A stretch of 38,894 bases of DNA from Candidatus Limnocylindrales bacterium (GCA_038253685.1 JBBSGX010000003.1:1-38894), one strand, 5' to 3'. Shown: positions 20,065 through 29,733, numbered from the stretch's first letter. Notes: generated from the sequence alone by a model not told the origin. Translations and numbers: made by a program.

Positions 20065-20943
20065 ATGAACATCGAACAGGTCGCGAGCGGACTCGGTTGG
20101 CCGGAAGGACCAACGGTGCTGCCGGACGGTCGAGTCGTCTTCGTCGAGAGCTACCGCAGCCAGCTCTCCGTCTGGAGCCCCGAGGGCGTCGAGCGTTACG
20201 CCTACACGGCCGGTGCGCCGAACTCCAGCGTTCTGGGTCGCGATGGAGAGGTGTATGTCTGCCAGAACGGAGGGACGGTGGGGCCGTGGCGGGCAGCAGA
20301 AATGAGTGTTCCGTCAATCCAACGCGTCGATCGCGAGGGTGGCTCCGCGGAAATCCTGATCACGGAGATCGAGGGCATCGCGCTGAACGGCCCCAATGAC
20401 CTCGTGTTCGGATCAGACGGCCGTCTGTACTTCACGGATCCGGGGACCTACAGGCCCGCTGCGCCCGACCCGAGCTACATCTTCGCGCTCGATCCTGACG
20501 GGACCGGCCACGTCGTCATCGCCTTCCACACCCCGGTCTTTCCGAACGGAATCGCGATCGAGATGGACGGATCGATCGTCTGGGATGAGTCGTACACGGG
20601 GCATGTTCGACGCCTGCGGCCGGGCTCGACGGACATCGAGGACCTGGGCAGGTTGCCCGGGGAGAACCCGATTCTCGACGGCATGAAGATAGGGTCAGAC
20701 GGCCGGCTGTACGTGACCGATATCACCGCCGCCGGCATCCATGTCATCCAGCCCGACGGCACGGTCGACGAGTTCATTCCGTGCGGCAACGCCGCCACGA
20801 ACTGCGCATTCGACGGCGAGATCCTGTACATGACGGACGCCGGGGTTCCGGCAGACAGCGCGGATCCGTCGTTCGGTGGGGCTCTGTGGCGGATTGCGCT
20901 GGAAAGGACCGGTCAACCGGTCCATCGCGGGAGGATCGGCTGA
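20065..20943 (+). CDS. SMP-30/gluconolactonase/LRE family lactonase
   Basis: GLGWPEGP, GPNDLVFGSDGRLYFTDP, FPNGIA, LDGMKIGSDGRLYV, TNCAF; RBS GGAGG. Confidence 0.92.
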   Translation: MNIEQVASGLGWPEGPTVLPDGRVVFVESYRSQLSVWSPEGVERYAYTAGAPNSSVLGRDGEVYVCQNGGTVGPWRAAEMSVPSIQRVDREGGSAEILITEIEGIALNGPNDLVFGSDGRLYFTDPGTYRPAAPDPSYIFALDPDGTGHVVIAFHTPVFPNGIAIEMDGSIVWDESYTGHVRRLRPGSTDIEDLGRLPGENPILDGMKIGSDGRLYVTDITAAGIHVIQPDGTVDEFIPCGNAATNCAFDGEILYMTDAGVPADSADPSFGGALWRIALERTGQPVHRGRIG

Positions 20944-21770
20944 TGGTCGACCGGACGCCATTTCCCGGTCTTCACCTGGATGGCTCGATCGCCCTGGTGA
21001 CCGGGGGCGGCTCCGGAATCGGGCGGGAAACCGCACTGACCCTCGCGGACCTCGGGGCGGACGTCGCCGTGTTCGACATCACACCCGGCGCAGCGGAGCT
21101 GGTAGCGGAGCTCGTCCGGTCCGCGGGGCGGCGCGCCATCGCCGTCGAAGGCGACGTCAGCTCGGAGGCGGACGTCCACCGAGCCTTCGAGGCCTGCCGG
21201 GCGCAGCTCGGAGATGTCGACATCGCCGTGGCCTGTGCCGGGATCCTCGGTGACTATCAGCCGATCGACACGACCTCCGTTGAGCACTTCGACGCGGTCA
21301 TGGGCGTCAACGTCCGGGGCGCCTTCCTCGTGATCCGGGAATCGGTGCCGCACATGCGCCGGCGGGGCCACGGCGCCATCATCGTGCTGTCGAGCCTCGA
21401 TGGCCTGCAGGCCGAACCGGGCATGGCGTCCTATTGCACTTCCAAGGGGGCGCTCCTCAACCTCGCCCGGGCCGCGGCCCTCGACCTTGCCCGCGAAGCA
21501 ATCACCGTCAACGCGGTCTGCCCCAGCGTCACGTTCACGCCGCTCCTCGAAGGTCGCCTCGCAACGCTCCCGGATGGCGCGGCGGTGCTGGCATCGTTCG
21601 CCGCGAAACATCCCCTCGGCCGGGTGCTGACCTCCCGCGACATCGCCGCGACCATCGCCTTCCTGGTGTCACCGCTGGCGACCGGCATCACGGGTGCAGC
21701 CGTGCCTGTCGATGCCGGCAAGGGCGCCGCCTGGGACGATTACCAGACGCCACCCTGGCTCAGGCAATGA
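20943..21770 (+). CDS. SDR family oxidoreductase
   Basis: TGGGSGIG, ACAG, SSLDG, YCTSKGA, VNAVCP. Confidence 0.94.
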   Translation: MVDRTPFPGLHLDGSIALVTGGGSGIGRETALTLADLGADVAVFDITPGAAELVAELVRSAGRRAIAVEGDVSSEADVHRAFEACRAQLGDVDIAVACAGILGDYQPIDTTSVEHFDAVMGVNVRGAFLVIRESVPHMRRRGHGAIIVLSSLDGLQAEPGMASYCTSKGALLNLARAAALDLAREAITVNAVCPSVTFTPLLEGRLATLPDGAAVLASFAAKHPLGRVLTSRDIAATIAFLVSPLATGITGAAVPVDAGKGAAWDDYQTPPWLRQ

Positions 21771-22855
21771 GCATGGAACCCGCTCGGCACCCGGAGCTCG
21801 GCGACATCGGCCAGATCGCCGGCGGCAGGTCCGTCCGGCTGCAGGATGGCGTCGAAGACGGCGTTCGGGCCATCGACGTCCGGACCGCCGGAGGGATCCA
21901 CGCGCTCGTGATTACCGACCGCGGCCTGGACATCGGTCCGGCGTGGTACGCCGGCCATCCGCTGGCCTGGCAGTCGCCGACCGGGATCGTGCATCCGTCG
22001 TACTTCAGGGACGACGTCTGGCTCCGATCGTTTCATGGCGGGCTGCTCTTCACGGCCGGCCTCCAGAACGTTGGATCGGCGGTTCGCGACGGCCAGGAGC
22101 AACACGGTCTGCACGGTCGAGTCTCGAACCTGCCGGCCCGGAATGTGAGTGTCCAGACGATTGAGGATGAGCGAGGGCTGGCGGTGCTGGTCCGCGGCGA
22201 GGTGCGCGAGACGAGCGTCTACGGCGTCGATCTGGTGCTTCATCGATCGCTCCGCTTCACCGTCGGCGACCCACGCATCGAACTCACGGACGAGGTCGAG
22301 AATCGCGGCTTCCATCCGGTCCCCGTCTTCCTCCTCTACCACATCAACGTTGGCTACCCCGTCGTGGCCGCCGCGTCCCGTCTCCTGGCTCCTCCAGCCG
22401 ATGTGATCGGCTGGGATGAGGTCTCGCGGGCGGCCGAGCCCGATCACGCCCGCTTCGTTCCGCCAACACCCGGCTTCGCGGTGCAGGTCTTCGAGCACCG
22501 CGTTGCGGCGTCTGCCCCGGATCGGGTCCAGGTCGGGATCGTCAACGAAGCGTACGAGCCGAGCGGCGGAATCGGCCTGGTCGTCGAGTACGACCGGCGT
22601 CAGCTCCCGCGCCTGTGGCAATGGCGAATGCTTGCCGAGGGCATCTACGTGGCGGGTATTGAGCCGGCCAACTGCGGATTGCTTGGGCGTGTCGCCGAAC
22701 GGGAGGCGAACCCGCCCGAGGAGCTTGCGCCCGGCGATCGTCGCGCCTTTGGAGTGACGCTGCGCGCTGCGACCGGGCCAGGGGTCAGCGAGCTGGTGCG
22801 AGAGGCCGGCGCTCGTCCCGGCGATGTCAAGCCCGCAAGAGGAGACCTGCCATGA
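21767..22855 (+). CDS. Aldose 1-epimerase-like protein (DUF4432 / galactose mutarotase-like fold)
   Basis: DRGLDIG, WLRSFHGGLLFTAGL, HGLHGRVSNLPA, LLYHINVGYP, QLPRLWQW, YVAGIEPAN. Confidence 0.88.
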   Translation: MSMEPARHPELGDIGQIAGGRSVRLQDGVEDGVRAIDVRTAGGIHALVITDRGLDIGPAWYAGHPLAWQSPTGIVHPSYFRDDVWLRSFHGGLLFTAGLQNVGSAVRDGQEQHGLHGRVSNLPARNVSVQTIEDERGLAVLVRGEVRETSVYGVDLVLHRSLRFTVGDPRIELTDEVENRGFHPVPVFLLYHINVGYPVVAAASRLLAPPADVIGWDEVSRAAEPDHARFVPPTPGFAVQVFEHRVAASAPDRVQVGIVNEAYEPSGGIGLVVEYDRRQLPRLWQWRMLAEGIYVAGIEPANCGLLGRVAEREANPPEELAPGDRRAFGVTLRAATGPGVSELVREAGARPGDVKPARGDLP

Positions 22856-23658
22856 CGCCGGCCGATGACGGCCTGGAGATTCCCGCCGGATTCGCCAGCG
22901 GCCTGTTCGATCTGCACGACCGTGTCGCCGTGGTGACGGGGGCCGGCAGCGGCCTCGGCGCCGCCATCTCCATCGGCTACGCCCAGGTCGGGGTCAGGCT
23001 CGTCCTGGCCGACATCAACGTAGAAGGCGCCACCGCGACCGCGACCGCCATCCACGAGCAGGGCGGAACAGCCCTTGTCCGCCAGGTGAACGTGACGTCC
23101 AGGGCCGAGGTGGACGCCCTGGCCGACAGCGTCGTCGAGGAGCTCGGTGGGGTCGACATTCTCGTCAACAGCGCCGGCACGGCGTTTCGATCACCCGCCG
23201 AGGAATTCCCCGAGGAACGCTTTGACTTCATCCTTGACCTGAACCTCAAGGGCACCTACCTGTGCTGCCAGGCGTTCGGGCGGAAGATGCTGGCCCAGGG
23301 CTCGGGCAGCATCATCAACCTCGGTTCGATCGGGTCGTTCATCGGCTACCCGTGGGCCAGCGCATACCTCGCTTCGAAGGGTGGAGTGCTCGGCATCACC
23401 CGTGGCCTGGCCCTCGAGTGGCGCAATCGTGGCGTCCGAGTCAACGCGATCGGGCCGACCCTGATGGATTCGCCGCTCACGCGCCAGGCGGCCCAGCGGA
23501 CCTCGCTCACCGCCGATTTCATCAAGTCACGGATGCTTCGCCCGCGGCTGGGGCTGCCCCGCGAGCTGATCGGCGCGGCGATCTTTCTCGCCAGCGATGC
23601 GTCCGAGCTCGTCACCGGGCACACCCTCATGTGCGACGACGGCTATCTGACCGCGTAG
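22852..23658 (+). CDS. SDR family oxidoreductase (gluconate 5-dehydrogenase/KduD-like)
   Basis: LFDLHDRVAVVTGAGSGLG, NSAG, YLASKGG, LALEW, VRVNAIGP, FLASDAS. Confidence 0.93.
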   Translation: MTPADDGLEIPAGFASGLFDLHDRVAVVTGAGSGLGAAISIGYAQVGVRLVLADINVEGATATATAIHEQGGTALVRQVNVTSRAEVDALADSVVEELGGVDILVNSAGTAFRSPAEEFPEERFDFILDLNLKGTYLCCQAFGRKMLAQGSGSIINLGSIGSFIGYPWASAYLASKGGVLGITRGLALEWRNRGVRVNAIGPTLMDSPLTRQAAQRTSLTADFIKSRMLRPRLGLPRELIGAAIFLASDASELVTGHTLMCDDGYLTA

Positions 23659-23671
23659 GGAGGCGACGACG

Positions 23672-24805
23672 ATCACCGACACCGACAAGATCACCCGCGT
23701 TCGCGTCGCGACGATCCTCCACACCCTGGAAGTGCCGATCCATTTCGGCACCTGGGTGATGCGCCATCGCGAGTTCGCCCTCGTCCGGATTGACGCGGAA
23801 AGCGACCTGCGCGGCTTCGCGTACTGCCTGACCAGGGACGGGCCCCTGGCAGCGATCGTGAACCGCACGATCGGTCCCGCCTACGTGGGAGAGCCCGCCG
23901 GAGATCCGGAGCGACTGTTCTTCAAGGCGCTCTGGACGAACAATGCCGTGCACGCGGCCGGAATCGGTATGCGGGCCCTGTCGCTGGTGGATCTCGCGGC
24001 CTGGGATCTCGCGGCCCGCGCGGCCGGCCAGTCGGTGTCCGCCTACCTCGGCGGCGGCCGCGAGCGGATGCCCGTGACAGCGATCGTCGGCTACCCGCCC
24101 TCGATCTCGGCGGAGGCGACGGTCGCGCAGATCGCTGCCCTCTGGACGAAGGGCTGGCGCCGATTCAAGCTCCCGATCGCCCCGACCCAGGATGGTTCGA
24201 TCGAGCGTCTGCGTTCAGCGCGTGAGGCCTATCCCGACGCATGGCTGGGGATCGATGCGAACTTCCTGCACAAGACCGCGGCGGACGCAATCGCGTTTGG
24301 AAAGCGTCTGGATGGCCTGGATATCGGCTGGTTCGAGGACATGGTCCCGCCAGGCGACGCTGCGATGGTGGCGGAGGTTCGAGGTGCGATTGCCACGCCC
24401 GTTGCGATGGGCGACGAGCAGGGCGGCTCATACCATCCTCAGGCCCTGCTGAAATACGACGCTGTCGATGTCAATCGGGTGGACGCCACCACAAACGGCG
24501 GGATCACGCGTCTGCGTCCCATCGCGGCAGCGGTCGCGGCGGCCGGCAAGCTCATCTCCCCTCACATGTACCCGCATATCCACTCCCAGGCGCTCGGGGC
24601 CCTCGGCCATACGCAATCGCCGATCGAATGGGGGATCCCCGGCACCGGCGTCCATCCGATGGACGACAGCCTCGCGCAGCCGGTGGTTCGAGACGGGCTG
24701 ATGGATCCACTGCCGGAATCACCCGGGTTCGGCCATCTCGTGGACCCGACGTGGATCGCATCACAGGCGGTCGTTGACCCCGATGGGCTTCTCGACGACC
24801 TGTGA
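23672..24805 (+). CDS. Enolase superfamily, mandelate racemase subgroup, paralog 2 (probable ATC start; GTG 23732 is the first canonical start)
   Basis: Colinear with paralog 1: RRFKLP, IDANF, WFED, MGDEQGG, RVDAT, SPHMY, IEWG; AGGGAGG 8 nt before ATC 23672. Confidence 0.88.
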   Translation: MTDTDKITRVRVATILHTLEVPIHFGTWVMRHREFALVRIDAESDLRGFAYCLTRDGPLAAIVNRTIGPAYVGEPAGDPERLFFKALWTNNAVHAAGIGMRALSLVDLAAWDLAARAAGQSVSAYLGGGRERMPVTAIVGYPPSISAEATVAQIAALWTKGWRRFKLPIAPTQDGSIERLRSAREAYPDAWLGIDANFLHKTAADAIAFGKRLDGLDIGWFEDMVPPGDAAMVAEVRGAIATPVAMGDEQGGSYHPQALLKYDAVDVNRVDATTNGGITRLRPIAAAVAAAGKLISPHMYPHIHSQALGALGHTQSPIEWGIPGTGVHPMDDSLAQPVVRDGLMDPLPESPGFGHLVDPTWIASQAVVDPDGLLDDL

Positions 24806-24828
24806 ACAGGAAGGAGCGCTCCGTTCCC

Positions 24829-25311
24829 ATGGCTACCATCACACGACCGCATCACGTGGGTCTCCAGGTGCGCGACCTGGAGCGGTCCATGGCGTTCTAC
24901 AGGGACGTGCTCGGTTTCGAGGTCGTATTCGCCTGGAACCCGCAGGCACCGTACGTCGGCGAGCTGGTCGGCTATCCCGAGGTGGACCTTCACTCGGCGA
25001 TCCTGCGGCCGCCGAACTCCGAGGTCTTCCTCGAGCTGCTCGAATACCGGAACGTGGAACGCACGCCCATCGACACTCGCACCGCGAACCCGGGCACCGC
25101 GCACACCGCGTACTTCGTGGACGACCTCGACGCACTGTACGCGGAGCTCGTAGCGAAGGGCGTGGATTCGGTCTCCGCGCCTGTGACACCGACGATCGGC
25201 CCCAACAAGGGCGGTCGCGCGGTCTACATGATCGATCCGGACGGGATCCGCGTCGAGCTCATTCAGTCGAAAGTCTCATTCTCCGAGTACGCCGCGGAGC
25301 AGGGCCGATGA
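24829..25311 (+). CDS. VOC/glyoxalase family protein (methylmalonyl-CoA-epimerase-like metal ligand pattern)
   Basis: PHHVGLQVRDLERS, LELLEY, AHTAYFVDDL, DPDGIRVELIQ; RBS AAGGAG. Confidence 0.9.
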   Translation: MATITRPHHVGLQVRDLERSMAFYRDVLGFEVVFAWNPQAPYVGELVGYPEVDLHSAILRPPNSEVFLELLEYRNVERTPIDTRTANPGTAHTAYFVDDLDALYAELVAKGVDSVSAPVTPTIGPNKGGRAVYMIDPDGIRVELIQSKVSFSEYAAEQGR

Positions 25312-26609
25312 CCGACGAGGCGACTGCCGCCCGGCCCGGGCCGCGCGCCACCCCCGGCGCTGATCCCGCCTCGCCGGGACCGTTGAGCGGGCTGCGGGTC
25401 ATTGATGCCGGGGTGCTGTTCGCTGGCCCGGTGATCGGGACGCTCCTCGGCGACTTCGGCGCGGACGTCATCAAGGTCGAGCACCCACGCGGCGACGCGC
25501 TGCGCACACTCGGCTGGCAGAAGAATGGAGTCTCTCTGTGGTGGGCGTTCGTCAGTCGCAACAAGCGATTGGTATCGCTCAACCTCAGCACCGCCGCGGG
25601 AGCCGATCTCCTGAAGGAGCTGATCGCCGACGCCGATGTCCTGATCGAGAGCTTCCGTCCGGGAACGTTCGAGCGTTGGGGCCTGGGTCCCGATGTGCTG
25701 CACGCCATCAACCCGCGCCTCGTGATCGTGCGCACGAGCGGGTTCGGTCAGACCGGCCCCCAGAGCCTGCGCCCGGGGTTCGGGACGGTCGCCGAATCGA
25801 TCAGCGGCTACGCGCACATCAACGGGCAGCCCGACGGTCCGCCGACGCTCCCTCCATTCGCTCTCGGGGACGGCGTTGCCTCGCTCTTCGGAACGTTCGC
25901 CACCATGTTCGCGCTGTATCACCGCGACATGCACCATGCGCCGGGACAGGTGATCGACCTGGCAATCTACGAACCCCTGTTCTGGATCCTTGGCCCGCAG
26001 GCGCTGGTTTACGACCAGCTCGGGATCGTTCAGGGCAGGACCGGCAGCAGCACCGAGTGGACGGCCCCACGCAACGCCTACCGAGCCAGTGATGGGCGAT
26101 GGTTCGGCCTGTCTGCAAGCTCGCAGTCGATCGCAGAACGGGTGATGAACCTCGTCGGGCATCCGGAGGTCACGGCTGAGCCGTGGTTCGCCGACCACAC
26201 CGGCAGAATCCTGCATCGCAGGGAGCTCGACGTCCTCATCGGCGGCTGGATCGCGGAGCACACCGGCGCCGAGGTGATGACGGCCTTCGAGGCTGCCGAG
26301 GCAGTCATCGGACCGATCTACTCGATCGCCGACATCTTCGAAGATCCCCAGTACCTCGCTCGGGAGACGATCACGACCGTCGACGATCCGAAGCTTGGCC
26401 GCGTCCGGATCCAGAACGCGATCCCCCGCCTCTCCGACACGCCCGGGAAGGTGCGCCATCTCGGCGGCGACCTCGGCCAGCACAACCACGAGATCCTCGG
26501 CCGGGAGCTTGGCCATTCGGATGAGGAGCTCGAACGCTGGCGTTCGACTGGCGCGATCGGCGGCCGGGACGCGATGGCGCCGGCGCATCCCGACGGAGGC
26601 GAGGCGTGA
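25308..26609 (+). CDS. CoA transferase family III (CaiB/BaiF)
   Basis: GPLSGLRVID, AGP, LGDFGADVIKVEHP.GD..R, RNK, ADVLIESFRPG, SGFGQTGP, catalytic-type LGDG, GQVIDLA. Confidence 0.95.
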   Translation: MTDEATAARPGPRATPGADPASPGPLSGLRVIDAGVLFAGPVIGTLLGDFGADVIKVEHPRGDALRTLGWQKNGVSLWWAFVSRNKRLVSLNLSTAAGADLLKELIADADVLIESFRPGTFERWGLGPDVLHAINPRLVIVRTSGFGQTGPQSLRPGFGTVAESISGYAHINGQPDGPPTLPPFALGDGVASLFGTFATMFALYHRDMHHAPGQVIDLAIYEPLFWILGPQALVYDQLGIVQGRTGSSTEWTAPRNAYRASDGRWFGLSASSQSIAERVMNLVGHPEVTAEPWFADHTGRILHRRELDVLIGGWIAEHTGAEVMTAFEAAEAVIGPIYSIADIFEDPQYLARETITTVDDPKLGRVRIQNAIPRLSDTPGKVRHLGGDLGQHNHEILGRELGHSDEELERWRSTGAIGGRDAMAPAHPDGGEA

Positions 26610-26658
26610 GTGCGCCGGCGAACGCGCGCGCCATCCTCAGTGCTGGGCGTGTGGAGCG

Positions 26659-27699
26659 ATGCCGAACCTGAAGGACGTTGCCCGCGCGGCCGGCGTGGAC
26701 CCGTCAACCGCCTCGCGCGTGCTTCGCGGCGATCCCCGCCAGGCTGTCCGCGCTGACACGCGCGAACGAATCCACGAGGCCGCCCGAACGCTCCAGTACC
26801 GACCCAATGCGCTTGCACGCGGCCTTCGGACCCGGCGCACGGACACGATCGGTCTGGTGATCCCCAACCTCGACAACCTCGGGTTCAGCGAGGTCCTGCA
26901 TGGGATCCAGGCTGCTGCCGCGGAGGCGGGCAAGCTCGTGATCATCGTCGAGGCCGATTCTCTGCGGCGAATCCGGCACGGAAGCACCGAGCACTACGCG
27001 CGCCTGATCGCTGACGGACGGGTCGACGGTCTGATCGTCGCCTTCGCGACGCTCGAAGATGACGTGGTTGCGCAACTTGCCGAACGCGCGCTCCCGCTGG
27101 TCCTCGTCAACCGACGAACCGTCGGCGTCCATGGCTCGGTCGTGGTCGATGATGAAGCCGGCAGCATGCAGGCGGTACGCCACCTGATCGAGTTGGGACA
27201 CAGGCGGATCGGGTTTGTGGGACTCGAAGCCGATACGGACACCGCGCGGCGACGCGAGCGGGGATATCGACGGGCGATGGAGGTCAGGCACCGGGCGATC
27301 AGACGCGAATGGGTGGTCACGGCGCCCCCGACCGAAGACGGCGGGCACGACGCGATCGGGAGGCTCCTTGCCGAGACATCGGCTGACCGCCCGACGGCTG
27401 TCTTCGCGGCGAGCCTGCTGGGGGCGATGGGGGTCCTGGCTGGAATGCGCGAGGCCGGCTTGGCGATACCCCTCGACATGTCCCTCATCGCGTTCAACGA
27501 CCACCCGCTGGCGGCTCACATGGCGCCGCCGTTGACGACCATTCGCATGCCGAATCTGCGCATGGGCCAGGAAGCAGTCCGAATGCTCCTTCGAGCCGTC
27601 GAGGGCGAGTCCGTCCAGGATCGCATGATCGAGGACACGCCGGAGCTCGTGGTAAGGGCTTCGACCGGGCCACCACCAGCGCAGCACTCCCCCCGGTGA
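26659..27699 (+). CDS. LacI family transcriptional regulator
   Basis: LKDVARAAGVDPSTASRVL HTH, YRPNALARGL hinge, GHRRIG, PTAVF, PPLTTI. Confidence 0.96.
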   Translation: MPNLKDVARAAGVDPSTASRVLRGDPRQAVRADTRERIHEAARTLQYRPNALARGLRTRRTDTIGLVIPNLDNLGFSEVLHGIQAAAAEAGKLVIIVEADSLRRIRHGSTEHYARLIADGRVDGLIVAFATLEDDVVAQLAERALPLVLVNRRTVGVHGSVVVDDEAGSMQAVRHLIELGHRRIGFVGLEADTDTARRRERGYRRAMEVRHRAIRREWVVTAPPTEDGGHDAIGRLLAETSADRPTAVFAASLLGAMGVLAGMREAGLAIPLDMSLIAFNDHPLAAHMAPPLTTIRMPNLRMGQEAVRMLLRAVEGESVQDRMIEDTPELVVRASTGPPPAQHSPR

Positions 27700-27832
27700 T
27701 CCCCGCGCCCACGTAGACGGTCCGCTCGACACAACGGTGACCGGCCTGGCGCATCGAATGGCGCACGCCGTGCCCGCCACTGGTGTTCGCAGGAGCACGG
27801 CGCCGGTTGCGCGCGTCCGGTAGGGTGCGGCC

Positions 27833-29080
27833 ATGCATGCCACCCATGGAAGCGCTCAGCCCGATGCCCCTGACGCGACCCCTGGCGCCGACACAACGCG
27901 GGCAACGACCGCCGGCGGCGCGACCGTCGAGTTCCAGCGCGTCACCAAGCAGTACGACCCAGGCCAGAAGGGGCCGGGCGCGGTCAACGACCTGAGCCTG
28001 ACCGTACCCGCGGGCAAGATCTGCGTGCTGGTCGGGCCGTCGGGCTGCGGCAAGACCACCAGCCTGAAGATGGTGAACCGGCTCATCGAGCCGACGAGCG
28101 GAAAGATCCTGATCGAAGGCCGCGACATCGCAAAGGAGGATCCGATCCAGCTGCGGCGGCGGATCGGATACGTCATCCAGCAGGTCGGGCTGTTTCCGCA
28201 CCTCACGATCGGGGCCAACGTCGCGGTCGTGCCGCGACTCCTCGGTTGGGACGCTGAGCGACAGCGCAGGCGCACCGACGAGTTGCTGACCCTCATCGGC
28301 CTCGAGCCCGACGTCTACCGCGGCCGCTACCCGAGCCAGCTCTCCGGCGGGGAGCGCCAGCGCGTCGGGGTGGCACGGGCGTTGGCGGCCGATCCGCCCG
28401 TGATGCTGATGGACGAACCCTTCGGCGCGGTCGATCCGATCGTCCGGGAGCGCCTCCAGAACGAGTTCCTGCGCCTCCAGGAGGGCCTCGCCAAGACGAT
28501 CCTGTTCGTAACGCACGACATCGACGAGGCGATCAAGCTCGGCGACCTGGTCGCCGTGATGCAGGTCGGCGGCAAGCTGGCCCAGTTCGGGCCACCGGAG
28601 GAGATCCTCACCAACCCGGCATCCGATTTCGTGGCTCGCTTCGTCGGCGCCGATCGTGGCCTCAAGCGCCTCTCGCTGATCCACGTGGGCGACCTGCCGC
28701 TCAGCCGGCCGATAACGGCACGAGCCGGCGAGGACGCCGCCGAAATGCGCCAGCGGATCACCTCGCAGACCGACCGTTATCTGCTGCTGCTCGATTCCGA
28801 TAACCGTCCGATCGGCTGGGTCGATCGCAACAAGCTCCCCAGCTCGGGCCCGTTGTCAGCCGATCCCGCCGTCCCGATGTCCCCGCTCCTCGACCGCGAG
28901 ACCACGGCGAAGGACGCGCTCTCGATGCTGATCGCGGCCGGGGTGCAGTCGGGCATCGTGGTCGACCGCCAGGGGCGGGTCGAAGGCATCATCAGCATCG
29001 CCGACATCAGCGAGCAGCTGACAACAGGCCCCGCGCCATCACCGAGCCCCGCCCCCGAGCCGGCCAGAGCGACTGGCTGA
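27833..29080 (+). CDS. Osmoprotectant (betaine/proline/choline family) ABC transporter ATP-binding protein with CBS domains
   Basis: Walker A GPSGCGKTT, LKMVNRLIEPTSG, LSGGERQRVGVARALAADP, MDEPFGAVDP, VTHD; C-terminal CBS-like region. Confidence 0.95.
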   Translation: MHATHGSAQPDAPDATPGADTTRATTAGGATVEFQRVTKQYDPGQKGPGAVNDLSLTVPAGKICVLVGPSGCGKTTSLKMVNRLIEPTSGKILIEGRDIAKEDPIQLRRRIGYVIQQVGLFPHLTIGANVAVVPRLLGWDAERQRRRTDELLTLIGLEPDVYRGRYPSQLSGGERQRVGVARALAADPPVMLMDEPFGAVDPIVRERLQNEFLRLQEGLAKTILFVTHDIDEAIKLGDLVAVMQVGGKLAQFGPPEEILTNPASDFVARFVGADRGLKRLSLIHVGDLPLSRPITARAGEDAAEMRQRITSQTDRYLLLLDSDNRPIGWVDRNKLPSSGPLSADPAVPMSPLLDRETTAKDALSMLIAAGVQSGIVVDRQGRVEGIISIADISEQLTTGPAPSPSPAPEPARATG

Positions 29081-29733
29081 TGGACATCGGGTGGATCGTC
29101 GACCACCTCGACGACCTGGCCTATCGCACCATCCAGCACATCTGGCTGGCGGGCATCGCCGTGGTCGCGGGCTTCCTGATCTCCCTGGTGCTCGCCATCC
29201 TGGCGGTGCGCCGGCGATCCACCTACGGGCCGATCCTGGCCGCCTCGGACATCCTGTTCACGATCCCGAGCGTGGCCGTTTTCGTGGCGCTCGTCCCGAT
29301 CACGGGCCTCACCACGACCACGGTCGAGGTCCCGCTGGTCATGTACACGCTGCTGATCTTCGTGCGGAACATCACGGCCGGGCTGGACAGCGTCCCGGAG
29401 GAGGTGCTGGAGGCCGCGGACGGGATGGGTTTCACGCGCCGGCGTCGCCTCTGGGAGGTCGAGTTTCCCCTGGCGATCCCGCTCATCGTGGCCGGCCTGC
29501 GTCTGGCCAGCGTTTCCACGATCGGGCTCGTCACCGTTTCGGGCATCCTCGGTGACAACTTCGGCGGGCTCGGCTACTTCATCTTCGCCGGCTATCACAT
29601 CGGCTTTCCGACCGAGATCTACTTCGGTGCCGTGCCCTCGATCCTGCTGGCCATCGGCGCCGATGTGGCCTTCGTCCAGCTCCAGAACCGGGCAACTCCA
29701 TGGGCTCGAGTGGCAGCCGGGCGGGTTGCCTGA
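29080..29733 (+). CDS. Osmoprotectant ABC transporter permease
   Basis: FTIPSVA, RNITAGL, EAADGMG, VEFPLAIPLIVAGLR, GGLG. Confidence 0.93.
   Translation: MDIGWIVDHLDDLAYRTIQHIWLAGIAVVAGFLISLVLAILAVRRRSTYGPILAASDILFTIPSVAVFVALVPITGLTTTTVEVPLVMYTLLIFVRNITAGLDSVPEEVLEAADGMGFTRRRRLWEVEFPLAIPLIVAGLRLASVSTIGLVTVSGILGDNFGGLGYFIFAGYHIGFPTEIYFGAVPSILLAIGADVAFVQLQNRATPWARVAAGRVA

Noticed and set aside
12020-27832. Island as an integrative mobile element
   Set aside because: No integrase, transposase, tRNA target or flanking direct repeats were seen.
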